Below, piece by piece: positions 1 to 10,382 of a DNA stretch of 41,757 nucleotides. The position numbers and the translations under genes are program-made. The notes below the pieces were generated by a model, which was given only the letters and a program-made list of their open reading frames with translations, had not been told where the DNA came from and made no database searches. The number at the start of each line of letters is the position of its first letter. Positions within the stretch are counted from its first letter, which is position 1. This DNA is from Bacillota bacterium (lineage in GTDB: Bacteria; Bdellovibrionota; Bdellovibrionia; Bdellovibrionales; Bdellovibrionaceae), in assembly GCA_050257115.1 (NCBI GenBank), contig JBLMWG010000004.1:1-41757 (forward strand), written 5' to 3'.

Positions 1-2580
1 ATTCCATTCAAAAAAAGTTACGAGCCTGGTGAGACTGCGGAGTTTCAATTAAGAACTCCATTTAAAGATGCCAAGGTCTTAGTAACGGTGGAGCGTGAGT
101 CAGTTCTTCATCGAGAGGTCATTGATGTTAAAGGAGAGAATCCCACGATTCGCATTCCGATTAAAAAGGAATATGCACCGAATGTTGTGGTGTCTGCATT
201 TGCAGTTCGTGGTCGTTTAGGTGATCCCAAGGCAACCGCTTTGGTTGATTTGGGAAAGCCTGCTTTCAAGTTAGGTCTTAGTGAAATCAAAGTTGGTTGG
301 AGTCAAAATACTTTAAAGGTTCACGTCGAGACTGACAAAAAAACTTATCATGCACGCGACAAGGCGAAAGTCAAAATTAAGGTAACCGATCATCAGGGAA
401 AAGCGGCAGCCACTGGACAGATTGCTTTGGTAGCAGTCGATGAAGGTCTTTTGGAACTGCAAAATAATAGTTCATGGGATTTGCTATCTGCGATGATGGG
501 GCTTCGTCCTTATTCCGTTCGAACGGCAACAGCGCAAAGCTTTGTAATTGGGAAAAGACATTTCGGCTTAAAAGCGGTTCCAATTGGTGGTGATGGTGGC
601 GGTGGTGGACCTCGCAGAGAATTATTTGACACGCTTTTGTATTGGAATCCCAACATCAAATTGGATAGAAACGGTGAAGCTGAAGCCGAGATTTCACTCA
701 ATGATTCCACGACAAGCTTCAGGATCGTTGCGGTTGCACTGCAAGGCGCGGACCAATTTGGTACAGGGTGGACTTCCATACAGTCTTCGCAAGATCTTAT
801 GATTTTGCCAGGCTTGTCATCGACGGCTCGCGTGGGTGATCAGTTCCAAGCTTCTTTTGCAATTCGCAACGCCTCTGCGAAGTCTCAAGAGGTGAAGGTC
901 AGTCTCAAGACGACTCCGCAGGTGGCAGCGGCTCAGGATTATTCGTTGAAGTTAGATCCCGGAGTGACTCACGTAGTTTCTTGGAGTGTTCGAGTTCCTG
1001 ATACTACAAAAATTAGTTATGTGATTTCGGCCAGGGATTCGCAAGGAAAACTTGTGGACCAAGTTGGGAAGTCACAAATCGTTGTGCCTCTTCGAACGGC
1101 GCGAATTTACCAAAGTCAGTTTGCTCAGTGGCCGGAGCTGAAAACGCTTTCAGTCGTTCAACCTGCGCAAGCCGATCCCCACAGTACATCGATTATGGTG
1201 GATGTTGCAGCATCGTTGACCGAGTCTTCAGCATCGGGATTAAAGGATTTTTGGCAGAACTATTACTATAGCTGTCTGGAGCAACAGGTATCCAGAACAG
1301 TTACGCTAAACGATCAAAATGCTTGGAAAAAGATCGAACAAAAGCTTTCGCTGTATATGGATGGAAAAGGACTTTTGAAATACTTCCCTTCAGAATATGG
1401 GGCAGGAAGCGTGCAATTGACTGCCTATGTCCTCAGCGTCGCGCATGAAGCTGGGCTTAAATTCAGCGATGCAAACGAAGTTCGTCTGTTAGATGCACTG
1501 GAGGCCTATGCTGAAGGACGAATCAAGGACTCAACAGAAACGGGACGTGTTGATGAGGTGATCAAAAAGGTTTCAGCCTTTGAGGCTCTTTCTCGCTATC
1601 GTAAGTTCAACGTGGGCCTTTTGGATACGGTGAAATTTGAAGGAACGCAATGGCCTCTGGCGACTTTGACGGAATGGTATGAAATCCATCGTTGGGAAAA
1701 AGACATTCCTCAGCGTGAAGCAAAGCTGGCTCAATTGGAATCATTGCTGGCAAATCGATTTTATTTTTCGGCAAAAAGACTGATGCTGCGTAATGAAGCG
1801 GCGGATTCGATGCCTTGGTTGATGCGTGATTCTGATGGGGCGATCTTGAAGCTTATTCTTGCTACAGTGGATGATCCTAAATGGAGAGATTCAATTCCTC
1901 GTCTTATGCAGGGTAGTTTGACGCGCCAAAGGCGTGGAGCTTGGGCTTTAACAACGACAAATGCATGGGGGCGACTTGCTTTGAATAAATTTGATACGAA
2001 GTTTCAAAAAGAGAAAGTCGATGGAACCTTCGCTACGAGCTTGGGCTCTGATACTCAAAAGCAGCCTTGGAAGCAAAGTACGGTTTTACATTTTGATTTT
2101 CCATTAAAAGAAAAAAGCGGAACTTTGATTTTGAATCAAACAGGATCTGGCAAACCTTGGATGACGGTATCATCCAAGGCGGCTTTAGCAGTTACAAAAC
2201 CAACCTTTGCGGGATTTACGATCGATAGGAAAATTATTCCTCTCGAGCAGAAGACAAAAGGCCGCTGGAGTGTTGGAGACATAGCTCAAGTAGAATTGAC
2301 GGTTACGGCAAAAGCACCTCAGGCATGGGTGGTAGTTGAAGACCCGCTTCCAATTAGTGCTTCTGTTTTGGAAGCGTCGTCGGCAACAGCGACTGAACGA
2401 AAAGAAGAATTAGTTCGGTTTTATTTTGATTGGCTCCCGGGAGGGACTCAGACAGTCAGCTATAAAATTCGTCTCAATCAAGCCGGGACTTATCAACTAC
2501 CATCAAGTCGCATTGAAGCGATGTACAGTCCGGATATTTATGGTGAACTTCCTGAAAGTTCATGGGTGGTCGCTGAATGA
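1..2580 (+). CDS. Bacterial alpha-2-macroglobulin family protein (C-terminal part; 5' end lies outside the window)
   Basis: Frame is open from base 1 (IPFKKSYEPGETAEFQLR...). Contains ALVAVDEGLL, TLLYWNPN, a thioester motif YSCLEQ (TGT at 1273) and the C-terminal GTYQLPSSRIEAMYSPDIYG. Directly followed by pbpC, the usual partner. Confidence 0.93.
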   Translation: MPFKKSYEPGETAEFQLRTPFKDAKVLVTVERESVLHREVIDVKGENPTIRIPIKKEYAPNVVVSAFAVRGRLGDPKATALVDLGKPAFKLGLSEIKVGWSQNTLKVHVETDKKTYHARDKAKVKIKVTDHQGKAAATGQIALVAVDEGLLELQNNSSWDLLSAMMGLRPYSVRTATAQSFVIGKRHFGLKAVPIGGDGGGGGPRRELFDTLLYWNPNIKLDRNGEAEAEISLNDSTTSFRIVAVALQGADQFGTGWTSIQSSQDLMILPGLSSTARVGDQFQASFAIRNASAKSQEVKVSLKTTPQVAAAQDYSLKLDPGVTHVVSWSVRVPDTTKISYVISARDSQGKLVDQVGKSQIVVPLRTARIYQSQFAQWPELKTLSVVQPAQADPHSTSIMVDVAASLTESSASGLKDFWQNYYYSCLEQQVSRTVTLNDQNAWKKIEQKLSLYMDGKGLLKYFPSEYGAGSVQLTAYVLSVAHEAGLKFSDANEVRLLDALEAYAEGRIKDSTETGRVDEVIKKVSAFEALSRYRKFNVGLLDTVKFEGTQWPLATLTEWYEIHRWEKDIPQREAKLAQLESLLANRFYFSAKRLMLRNEAADSMPWLMRDSDGAILKLILATVDDPKWRDSIPRLMQGSLTRQRRGAWALTTTNAWGRLALNKFDTKFQKEKVDGTFATSLGSDTQKQPWKQSTVLHFDFPLKEKSGTLILNQTGSGKPWMTVSSKAALAVTKPTFAGFTIDRKIIPLEQKTKGRWSVGDIAQVELTVTAKAPQAWVVVEDPLPISASVLEASSATATERKEELVRFYFDWLPGGTQTVSYKIRLNQAGTYQLPSSRIEAMYSPDIYGELPESSWVVAE

Positions 2581-4592
2581 AAAAAGCGATTTTGATTTTT
2601 CTAATTCTACTTATAGGCAGTGGGGGATGGTTGCTTCAGTCCATTCCATCAGTAAAGTCCTATGAGGAAGTTAAGAAGACTCATCAAACTTCGGAATTGG
2701 TTTTATTAGATCAGATGGGACGACCCTTACATCAGTGGCGTCAGGATTCTCATCATCGCATTTTTGCTTGGGTTCCCTTAAAGGAGACCTCACCAGCCTT
2801 TATTCAGGAGTTGCTGAAATCTGAGGATCGAGATTTCTTTCGTCACGGAGGAGTTGATTACAAATCGTTGGTAGCAAGCTTATATCAAAGGATTTTCAAA
2901 TCTTCTTCTCGTGGTGGAAGTACTTTATCAATGCAATTGGTGAAGTTGACCGCGCCGAGTAAATCTTGGAATGGAATCACTGGAAAGCTGCGACAAATGT
3001 GGGCTGCAGCCAAACTTGAGAATGTATGGACCAAAGAAGAAATTCTGGAAGCTTATTTAAATCTCGTGCCATTCCGCGGAGAGTATCGGGGTTTGGCGGC
3101 AGTTTCCTGGGGACTTTTTAATAAATCCCCTTCGGGATTGACCAAGAACGAGGCGACTCTGCTCGCTGTGTTAATTCGTTCTCCGAATGCTTTAGTCAAA
3201 GATTGGGTGAAGCGTTCTTGTTGGCAAGAGCCCGAAAGCTGTATTGAGTTTCCTGTATTGGTGTCTCAAGCTCTTCAGCGTTTTGGGAAAATTCCAAGCG
3301 AAGATCAGAGAGCACTGCATTTAGCACAACGTTTGTCGAAGGACGGATTAAAAGGTGCCGTCCAGACGACTTTGAATCGTGACCTACAGATAGCAGCGCA
3401 AGAGATTGTGGTTTCTAAAATTCGTGAGCTGTCAGAACAAAATGTGCATGATGCCGCCGTTCTAGTGGTTGAAAATAGAACGGGCGAAGTGTGGGCTTAT
3501 GTAGGGGGGAGTGGTCCCCTATCATCGGCTTCTTATGTTGATGGGATTCAATCTCCGCGCCAGGCCGGCTCGACGTTGAAGCCATTTTTATATGCGACAG
3601 CCTTTGAAAGAAATCTGCTGAACTCTCAATCCTGGATTGAAGACAGTCCGGTGGACATTGTTTTTGATCGAGGTGTGTATAAGCCGCAGAATCACGATCA
3701 TCAATTTAATGGTTGGGTGCAAGCTAAGATGGCACTGGCATCTTCTTTAAATGTACCGGCGGTTAAAGTGTTGAAACTTCTGAACGACGATTCGTTTTGG
3801 GAGAATTTGCAACGATTGCATTTCCAGGGACTACGCTCGCCAGAACACTATGGACCCGCTCTAGCCTTGGGAGTTGCCGAGGTCACTTTGGAGGATTTAA
3901 CACAAGCTTATCGGGCTTTGGCCAATGAGGGTCTCTATACTCCATTAAAGTTCACAAAGTCAGATATGTCCCATGCTTCTCCTGAGAGAGTATTTAGTCC
4001 AAAGGTCGCTAACGAAATTACAGAGATTCTTTCCAGAAAAGAAAACCGCGTTCTGGGGTTCGGAATGGAGTCTGCTTTAAATCTTGATAGTGCGACGGCG
4101 GTAAAAACAGGGACCAGCAAAGACATGCGTGACAATTGGTGTGTTGGATATAATTCCCGCTTTACGGTAGGCGTTTGGGTTGGAAATTTTGAAGGGCAAC
4201 CGATGTGGAATGTCATGGGGGTTACGGGTGCTGCTCCTATTTGGAACCAGGTGATGCAATGGTTGCAACAACAATATCCAAGCGAGCCTTTGAAGTTAGC
4301 TGGGGTTGAAACAAAGCCCGTAAGCCCTCCCAAGGCGTACCCGATTGCTAGAATCTCTTATCCCCAGGATGGAATGATTCTGGCGGTGGACCCGTCGATT
4401 CCTTTGAAGAATCAAAAAATGCCATTGATCGTGGAGGGCGAAAACAAAAAAAATCTTTCCTGGAGAATTAACGGACGTCAAATAGCTTCCGCTCAAAGAA
4501 CTTTCTTATGGACGCCCACGCCAGGGCGCCACACTTTTGAACTTTTGAAAAACAATCACCTGACTCAGAAAGTGGAAGTTCTGGTCAAATAG
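2577..4592 (+). CDS. pbpC: Penicillin-binding protein 1C (transglycosylase/transpeptidase)
   Basis: N-terminal TM; GT51 motifs EDRDFFRHGGVD and GGSTLSMQL; transpeptidase motifs GSTLKPF (SxxK), SLN and KTGTS; BiPBP C-terminal domain. ATGA overlap with the A2M stop. Confidence 0.93.
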   Translation: MKKAILIFLILLIGSGGWLLQSIPSVKSYEEVKKTHQTSELVLLDQMGRPLHQWRQDSHHRIFAWVPLKETSPAFIQELLKSEDRDFFRHGGVDYKSLVASLYQRIFKSSSRGGSTLSMQLVKLTAPSKSWNGITGKLRQMWAAAKLENVWTKEEILEAYLNLVPFRGEYRGLAAVSWGLFNKSPSGLTKNEATLLAVLIRSPNALVKDWVKRSCWQEPESCIEFPVLVSQALQRFGKIPSEDQRALHLAQRLSKDGLKGAVQTTLNRDLQIAAQEIVVSKIRELSEQNVHDAAVLVVENRTGEVWAYVGGSGPLSSASYVDGIQSPRQAGSTLKPFLYATAFERNLLNSQSWIEDSPVDIVFDRGVYKPQNHDHQFNGWVQAKMALASSLNVPAVKVLKLLNDDSFWENLQRLHFQGLRSPEHYGPALALGVAEVTLEDLTQAYRALANEGLYTPLKFTKSDMSHASPERVFSPKVANEITEILSRKENRVLGFGMESALNLDSATAVKTGTSKDMRDNWCVGYNSRFTVGVWVGNFEGQPMWNVMGVTGAAPIWNQVMQWLQQQYPSEPLKLAGVETKPVSPPKAYPIARISYPQDGMILAVDPSIPLKNQKMPLIVEGENKKNLSWRINGRQIASAQRTFLWTPTPGRHTFELLKNNHLTQKVEVLVK

Positions 4593-5000
4593 TTAGACGT
4601 CATAGTGAATGACAGTAGGGATTTGCAAATCAGGGTGAAGGCTTTCTTTAACCGGACAGCCTTTCGCGAACTCTTCAAGTTTTTTGCGATACTCATGGGG
4701 AACACTGACTGGCAAGTGCAAAACGACGTGCAGCTTAGCGATGCGACGAGGATTCGCGACCATTTCTTTTTCCACCGAAGCCCAAGAGCCCTTTAGGGTA
4801 ATGCCATCTTTTTCGCAGTGGATTGCCATAGTTGTTAACATGCAACTGCCCATGGCAGCCCCAACAAGATCTGTCGGAGAGAAGAGCTCACCCTTCCCGT
4901 GATTATCTTTAGGAGCGTCGGTGCCAATGCGTGCAGATGATGGTTCATGAGTGATATCGCAGTGTTTTTCACCTTGATAGAAGGATGTTGTTTTTACCAT
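4593..5000 (-). CDS. OsmC/Ohr family protein
   Basis: TDAPKDNHGKGELFSPTDLVGAAMGSC...CPVKESL; two conserved Cys. Confidence 0.9.
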   Translation of the reverse strand: MVKTTSFYQGEKHCDITHEPSSARIGTDAPKDNHGKGELFSPTDLVGAAMGSCMLTTMAIHCEKDGITLKGSWASVEKEMVANPRRIAKLHVVLHLPVSVPHEYRKKLEEFAKGCPVKESLHPDLQIPTVIHYDV

Positions 5001-5012
5001 AGGTACCTCGAA

Positions 5013-5516
5013 CTAAGTGGACATTTTTTCAATAATTTTACGCAAGCGCATCTCTGAAGACTTAGACATATCTGCATAAAGCTTGCGCAGGTGATTGGAT
5101 TGAACTGGATCGTTTTTTGAAGATTTCATTTCACGACCAATTTTTAAAGCCGCGCAAACACTTTCAATCACCAGTTTTCTTTTAGAATCTTTCGTAATGA
5201 AATCAAACGCCCCCAAAGACAAAGCTTCCAAGGCGCGGGAGTGATCGCCATGCGCTGTCAGAACCACAAATGGGGTCATATGTCCCAAGGAGCGAACATA
5301 GGCCAGAAACTTCAGACCATTCATTTGTCGCATTTCGATATCAGAAAGAATTGTATCGAATTCTTGGGCTTTCACATATTGAAGGGCGGCAGAGCCGTTT
5401 TCGGCTTCTACGATTTCGTCTACGAATTCCTTCATAAAGTGCTTTAATAGCTCTCGAATGTCGGAATCATCTTCGACGATGAGTAGTCTACTTTTCTCTT
5501 CCGGGGCAGTCGTCAT
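5013..5516 (-). CDS. Response regulator (receiver domain plus short C-terminal helical tail, no recognisable DNA-binding domain)
   Basis: LLIVEDD, ILSDIEM (phosphoacceptor Asp), VLTAHG, GAFDFITK. Confidence 0.9.
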   Translation of the reverse strand: MTTAPEEKSRLLIVEDDSDIRELLKHFMKEFVDEIVEAENGSAALQYVKAQEFDTILSDIEMRQMNGLKFLAYVRSLGHMTPFVVLTAHGDHSRALEALSLGAFDFITKDSKRKLVIESVCAALKIGREMKSSKNDPVQSNHLRKLYADMSKSSEMRLRKIIEKMST

Positions 5517-5524
5517 GCGACTCC

Positions 5525-8500
5525 TTAATGTGAATAGCGGTTGATGACTCCTAGCAAAATGTCTTTTTTAAATGGTTTTGTGACATGATCATCACAGCCC
5601 GCTTTTAAAGACTTTTGCATGTCGTCAGAGAGAGCATGGGCTGTTAAAGCAACAATAGGAATGTGTGAATGATGAGTTTCTTTTTCCCATTCACGAATAA
5701 TTGATGTTGCTGCATAGCCGTCCATCTCTGGCATTTGTACGTCCATAAAGACGATATCAAACTGTTGTGACTTTACCTTATCTACCGCCTCAAGTCCATT
5801 CTCAGCTTCGATTATTTCGAATGGGCCATTTTTCAGGTAATGCGTAAATAGGACGCGATTATCCTCAGTATCATCAGCAAGTAGAATTCGGACTTTTTTA
5901 TGAGGGTCACGCGGCATTGCACTTTGAGGCAATTTTGAGGAAGCCTCAGAATCCTCAACGACATTCAGGTCATGGCCTTGGAAAGTCATAGGTTTTGATA
6001 AGGACAAGCCGTAGCTATATTCCCGGTAAGGTATCGTAAATAAGAAAGTGGTTCCGACATTCTCCCGGCTCTTAAACCAAATTGTACCACCCATGAGTTC
6101 AACCAAACTTTTGGAAATAGCCAAGCCCAATCCAGTTCCACCATATCGGCGTGTGATGGAGTTGTCTGCTTGAGAGAATTTTTGAAAAATCAAATGCTGC
6201 TTTTTGGGCGAGATACCAATTCCTGAATCGTTGACGCTTATAAGTAAGCTATCCTTTTTTGTGGGATTTTTAGTTACGCTCACTTTTATTTGTCCGCGCT
6301 CGGTAAATTTAATTGAGTTGCTGACAAGATTTATGAGGACTTGACGGAGTTTTGTGGGATCTCCAAGGAGACTTTTACTGATTCCGTTTGCGATATCAAA
6401 TGAATATTCAATGCCCTTTTCTAGTGCTTTAGGGCGCATCATTTCTTGAACATCAGTCATCATTTTTTGCAAATCGAAGGGAATGTTTTCTAGAGAGACT
6501 TCCCCAGCTTCGATTTTTGAAAGGTCCAAGATATCATTGATAAGACTCATTAAAACTTCTCCAGCCCTATGAAAGATCTGGAGATAATATCGTTGATCTT
6601 CATTAAGAGGAGTTTCTTTAAGCAATTCTGCCATACCCATAATCGCATTCATTGGAGTACGTATCTCATGAGACATATGGGCCAAAAACTGAGACTTAGC
6701 TTGTGAGGACTTAAGAGCTTCGTTTTTGGCGTCGATTAGATCCTGCTCAGTTTTTTTAAGATCTGTGATATCTTGATTAATACCCCAAGTTGAAACAGGA
6801 TTGCCATAGCCGTCGTACTCGGTTTCTCCTGTTATGCGAATCCAAATGTACTCATTAGTATCAGCACGACGAACGCGCAGATCCACATTGATCGGATTCA
6901 TGTTAGTTTGCGAATCATGTAAAGCTCGATCGAGGAGTGGCAAATCTTCTGGTAATACTAGGTTTCGGAAGAGATCGAAACTTGGCTTTGTTTTTAACGG
7001 ATCTAGTCCTAAAATATTAAATTGCTCATCGGACCAGAACAGACGCCCTGAATTCATATCCCAGCGGAAGGACCCCATTTTTGAGATCGCTTGAGAAGCT
7101 TTTAGGAGACTCTCTTGAAGCTTTAATTCTCTTTCCGCTTTCTTTTTCCAGCGAATATCGGTTCCGATAACGACAAGATTAATAGTTTCAGGGGAGCCCT
7201 TTAATCTGGACCAGGAGAGATTTAAGGGGATTTTTTCTCCGGTAATAGATTTCAAATAGGCTTCGTGAAAATTCTCATCAGAGTGAGTAGAGTATTCTAA
7301 GCTATTTATGATATCTTCAAGCTCCCCTTCAAGCCATGCGCTGAGATCGGAGTTGATCAGAGACTCTGCCGTCAAACCAACTGCCTCGGCTGCTGCATGA
7401 TTGGCGCTAAGAACAATCATTTTTCTTTTTAAAGTGTCTTGAGACCTTCGAACCTCTACGACGAATAAAAGTTCGTTTAAGGATTCGACGATATCAAGCA
7501 GAACTTCTTTTTCTTTTACGTTTTTTTCAAGGTCTTGTACTAAGAGATTGTAGTCGTGAAATAACGGCTCGTACTCATCACTCTTATTGTATTCCAAGGT
7601 TTTTGTATTGCCCTCGCGAAGCTTTTTTATCCCTTTTTGGAGCGAGTTTAAAGGACTCATTAACCGTCGGGCAAAGATAAGTGAACTTAAGAGCACACCG
7701 ATAATTACACATAATGTGCCCCAAAATAAAAGCCAAAGGTAATGACTAAAAGGAGCGGCAGTTTCAATAGAGCTAATTTTCGCAACGAGAACCCAAATGC
7801 CTCCGCCTGGTAAGTTTATCTTTCCAATGGACTTCAGCGACGGAACTCCCATGTAATCGGAGGAGGATTCGACCAGATCTTCACTGTGAAAATATCGACG
7901 GATTAAGCTTGTCGGCAAAGAGATTTGTAACGCTGTCGTATTAGCAGCGCGAACTTTGCTTATTATCGGATCGACGTTTCCTGTACGGGAAAAGACTTTA
8001 TCGAACTCCGTGGGATTTTCAAAAAACAACCTGGAATTCGTGCGCATATAGCCGTCTGCCCCAAAGGCGACAACCTCTCCGGTTTCACCAAGTCCCGCTT
8101 TTTTCCATTGGTGATTATCACTTAAGATTCTTTCAAACTTACTGAGTGGAAGTTGAAAAACCACGGTTCCCAAATAGACGGACTTATTAAAAATCGGTGC
8201 CGCTAAGTAAGCGACAGGCTCTCGAAAAAATGACGTCGCTTGTGTGAAGTCGAAGAAACGATAAGAACGTGGAGAAGTCGTCAGTGACCAGCGATAGATG
8301 TCGCCTAATCTCGAACCACTGAAAAATCCGGAGTTTAAATTTGTACCGAAGCTAAGGTCTTTTAGGGCAGAGTAGACAATATTTCCATCTTTATCGACTA
8401 ACAGAATATCCGCTAGCTGAGTTCGTTGAATGTAATCCAAAAAAAATGGGTGCAAATTTTCATGTAACTTGAAGTAAGAAAGATCACGATACTTTTGAAC

Positions 8501-8947
8501 TCCAGTAACATTTTTTAGCGGTATTTCATTTTTCTTTGCCTCTTGAATAAACTGTGACTGAAGGAATAATGCAAATGGATTGAGATGTGCAATCACCTTC
8601 GCGGAATCGTTTTGAGAGCCACTCGAGTAATAGGTTTCGATCATGGCAGTCAGTTTGTTCGTTGACTGTGCTTGCGCTACATGGCGAAGTTCTTTTTCAC
8701 TTTCAAAAAAGAGTCCCATGTTATCGCGAACTCGCGACATTTCTGCCATGGTTAACAAAGAGTTACCCAGGTTTTCCATTTCAGTTTGTAAGGCTTGAGC
8801 TTTGCTTGTGCGAATCTGAGTGAGCTTTTCACTGATATTGCACTCGATGGAGGAAGCTCCAATCTGATATCCCATGATGCCAGCAGCCACCATAGCGCCC
8901 ACAACCAAAAGTACAGAAAAAAGAAGCAGCCGTGAGCGTATAGTCAT
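5525..8947 (-). CDS. Hybrid sensor histidine kinase (TM-Cache-like periplasmic domain-TM-HAMP-PAS-PAS-HisKA-HATPase-REC)
   Basis: H-box [15 protein letters not shown]-box [15 protein letters not shown]-boxes DSGIGI and [10 protein letters not shown]-terminal receiver ILLADD...[12 protein letters not shown]. Confidence 0.94.
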   Translation of the reverse strand: MTIRSRLLLFSVLLVVGAMVAAGIMGYQIGASSIECNISEKLTQIRTSKAQALQTEMENLGNSLLTMAEMSRVRDNMGLFFESEKELRHVAQAQSTNKLTAMIETYYSSGSQNDSAKVIAHLNPFALFLQSQFIQEAKKNEIPLKNVTGVQKYRDLSYFKLHENLHPFFLDYIQRTQLADILLVDKDGNIVYSALKDLSFGTNLNSGFFSGSRLGDIYRWSLTTSPRSYRFFDFTQATSFFREPVAYLAAPIFNKSVYLGTVVFQLPLSKFERILSDNHQWKKAGLGETGEVVAFGADGYMRTNSRLFFENPTEFDKVFSRTGNVDPIISKVRAANTTALQISLPTSLIRRYFHSEDLVESSSDYMGVPSLKSIGKINLPGGGIWVLVAKISSIETAAPFSHYLWLLFWGTLCVIIGVLLSSLIFARRLMSPLNSLQKGIKKLREGNTKTLEYNKSDEYEPLFHDYNLLVQDLEKNVKEKEVLLDIVESLNELLFVVEVRRSQDTLKRKMIVLSANHAAAEAVGLTAESLINSDLSAWLEGELEDIINSLEYSTHSDENFHEAYLKSITGEKIPLNLSWSRLKGSPETINLVVIGTDIRWKKKAERELKLQESLLKASQAISKMGSFRWDMNSGRLFWSDEQFNILGLDPLKTKPSFDLFRNLVLPEDLPLLDRALHDSQTNMNPINVDLRVRRADTNEYIWIRITGETEYDGYGNPVSTWGINQDITDLKKTEQDLIDAKNEALKSSQAKSQFLAHMSHEIRTPMNAIMGMAELLKETPLNEDQRYYLQIFHRAGEVLMSLINDILDLSKIEAGEVSLENIPFDLQKMMTDVQEMMRPKALEKGIEYSFDIANGISKSLLGDPTKLRQVLINLVSNSIKFTERGQIKVSVTKNPTKKDSLLISVNDSGIGISPKKQHLIFQKFSQADNSITRRYGGTGLGLAISKSLVELMGGTIWFKSRENVGTTFLFTIPYREYSYGLSLSKPMTFQGHDLNVVEDSEASSKLPQSAMPRDPHKKVRILLADDTEDNRVLFTHYLKNGPFEIIEAENGLEAVDKVKSQQFDIVFMDVQMPEMDGYAATSIIREWEKETHHSHIPIVALTAHALSDDMQKSLKAGCDDHVTKPFKKDILLGVINRYSH

Positions 8948-8950
8948 GCA

Positions 8951-9262
8951 TTACATCGAAACGAAATGAATCTCGATATTCTCGAAATGCGTTCTCATGT
9001 TTTGTGCAAGCTTTTGCAGGGAGGCATCGTTGTTGTTTTTGGCCTCTTTTTCAATCTCTGCAGCTATGGAGCTAAGATCGGAAAAGCCATATCCCGCAGC
9101 AGCCCCTTTAATTTTATGGGCCAAGGCTGCTATAGCCGTGAGGTCATGAGTCGCAACGAGGCTTTGTAAAGAATCTATATCCTTTTTGCGATTCTCAATA
9201 AATTGGGGAATTAGATCTTTAAGATCTGAATCAATTTCTACTCTAGTTTTTGACATCGTCAT
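8951..9262 (-). CDS. Hpt (histidine phosphotransfer) domain protein
   Basis: LAHKIKGAAAGYGF Hpt motif. Start placed at ATG 9262 (or 9256) after an AAGGGGG SD-like sequence, rather than at the upstream TTG. Confidence 0.88.
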   Translation of the reverse strand: MTMSKTRVEIDSDLKDLIPQFIENRKKDIDSLQSLVATHDLTAIAALAHKIKGAAAGYGFSDLSSIAAEIEKEAKNNNDASLQKLAQNMRTHFENIEIHFVSM

Positions 9263-9383
9263 GGCCCCCTTATCCCCGAAAAGACTGTATTGTTCCAATC
9301 ATTTTGGCTTAACAGGGCGTTTATTGCATACATTTAATATCAAGAGTAAATTCGTTCTTTATTAAGTTCTTTAGAGGTACCGT

Positions 9384-10277
9384 ATGTTCAAAAAAGTACT
9401 CCTCGTTATTATTTTAACCTCCCTGGGATCATGCACTCCGAAGAAAGAGTTAGGAAGCGAATCTCACCCTGTACAATTTGCTCTTGTCCCAGGTCAGGAC
9501 ACCGCCGTTTTGATGGAAAATGGCAAATTATTGGAAAAATGGATTCATGAAAAGACCGGTCTTTTCATTAAAATACAGGTCCCTTCTAACTTCGTCGCTG
9601 TGGTGGAGGCTCTTGGCTCCCAACGTGTCGATGTCGCGATTATCAATACATTTGGATACATCCTGGCTCATGATAAGTATGGCGCGACGGCGCGCCTCAT
9701 TGGGGAAAACTTAGGTCGCTCTCAGTATTGGGGACAGATCGTGACAAGCAATCCTAAGATTAAAACTCTTAAGGACTTAAATGGAAAAAAGATAGCCTTT
9801 GTTGATCCAGCATCGACCTCTGGATATCTTTTAGCCGCGAAATTATTTCAGGATGAAAAGGTTCAACCCGGCGAGGTTGTCTTTGCGGGGAAACACGATA
9901 GCGTTGTGACGATGGTTTATCAGGGGAGTGTAGATGCGGGAGCCACTTATTATACGCCCGATGAGGACGGAAAGCCTCAAGATGCTCGTCGCTTGGTTTT
10001 GACTCAATTTCCAGATGTGTTCGAAAAGGTTCGAATTTTGAAGCTCACCGGTCCCATACCCAGCGATCCAGTCGTCTTTCGCAAAGATCTTCCGCCGGAT
10101 ATTCAAATGAAATTAATTGCCGCGCTAAAAAGCTTTTCTTCAACGCCAGAGGGAACGGCAGCTCTTAAGAAGCTTTATCATCTGACAAATTTTAAAGATT
10201 GCACGGATAAGGATTACGACTCTGTTCGAAAGCTTCTGCTGGAACTGGGAAAATCTGCCCAAGAACTGGTGAAATAA
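9384..10277 (+). CDS. Phosphate/phosphite/phosphonate ABC-type substrate-binding lipoprotein (PhnD-like)
   Basis: Lipobox LGSC; AFVDPASTSGYL and FAGKHDSVV...VDAGA motifs typical of the PhnD family; GAGG SD. Confidence 0.88.
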   Translation: MFKKVLLVIILTSLGSCTPKKELGSESHPVQFALVPGQDTAVLMENGKLLEKWIHEKTGLFIKIQVPSNFVAVVEALGSQRVDVAIINTFGYILAHDKYGATARLIGENLGRSQYWGQIVTSNPKIKTLKDLNGKKIAFVDPASTSGYLLAAKLFQDEKVQPGEVVFAGKHDSVVTMVYQGSVDAGATYYTPDEDGKPQDARRLVLTQFPDVFEKVRILKLTGPIPSDPVVFRKDLPPDIQMKLIAALKSFSSTPEGTAALKKLYHLTNFKDCTDKDYDSVRKLLLELGKSAQELVK

Positions 10278-10382
10278 GAAGCGATGAACCTATCAGCCCT
10301 TGGTGGAACAAGGGGACTCTGCGGTGGCCTGACAACCTGCTCAGCGTTGACTTTGCTAGGTGAAACCTGTTTAGCTGGTTCT

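Noticed and set aside
10284-10382. 33-aa N-terminal extension of HmgA
   Set aside because: Homology begins at Met 10383; the extension covers promoter-like and hairpin sequence.
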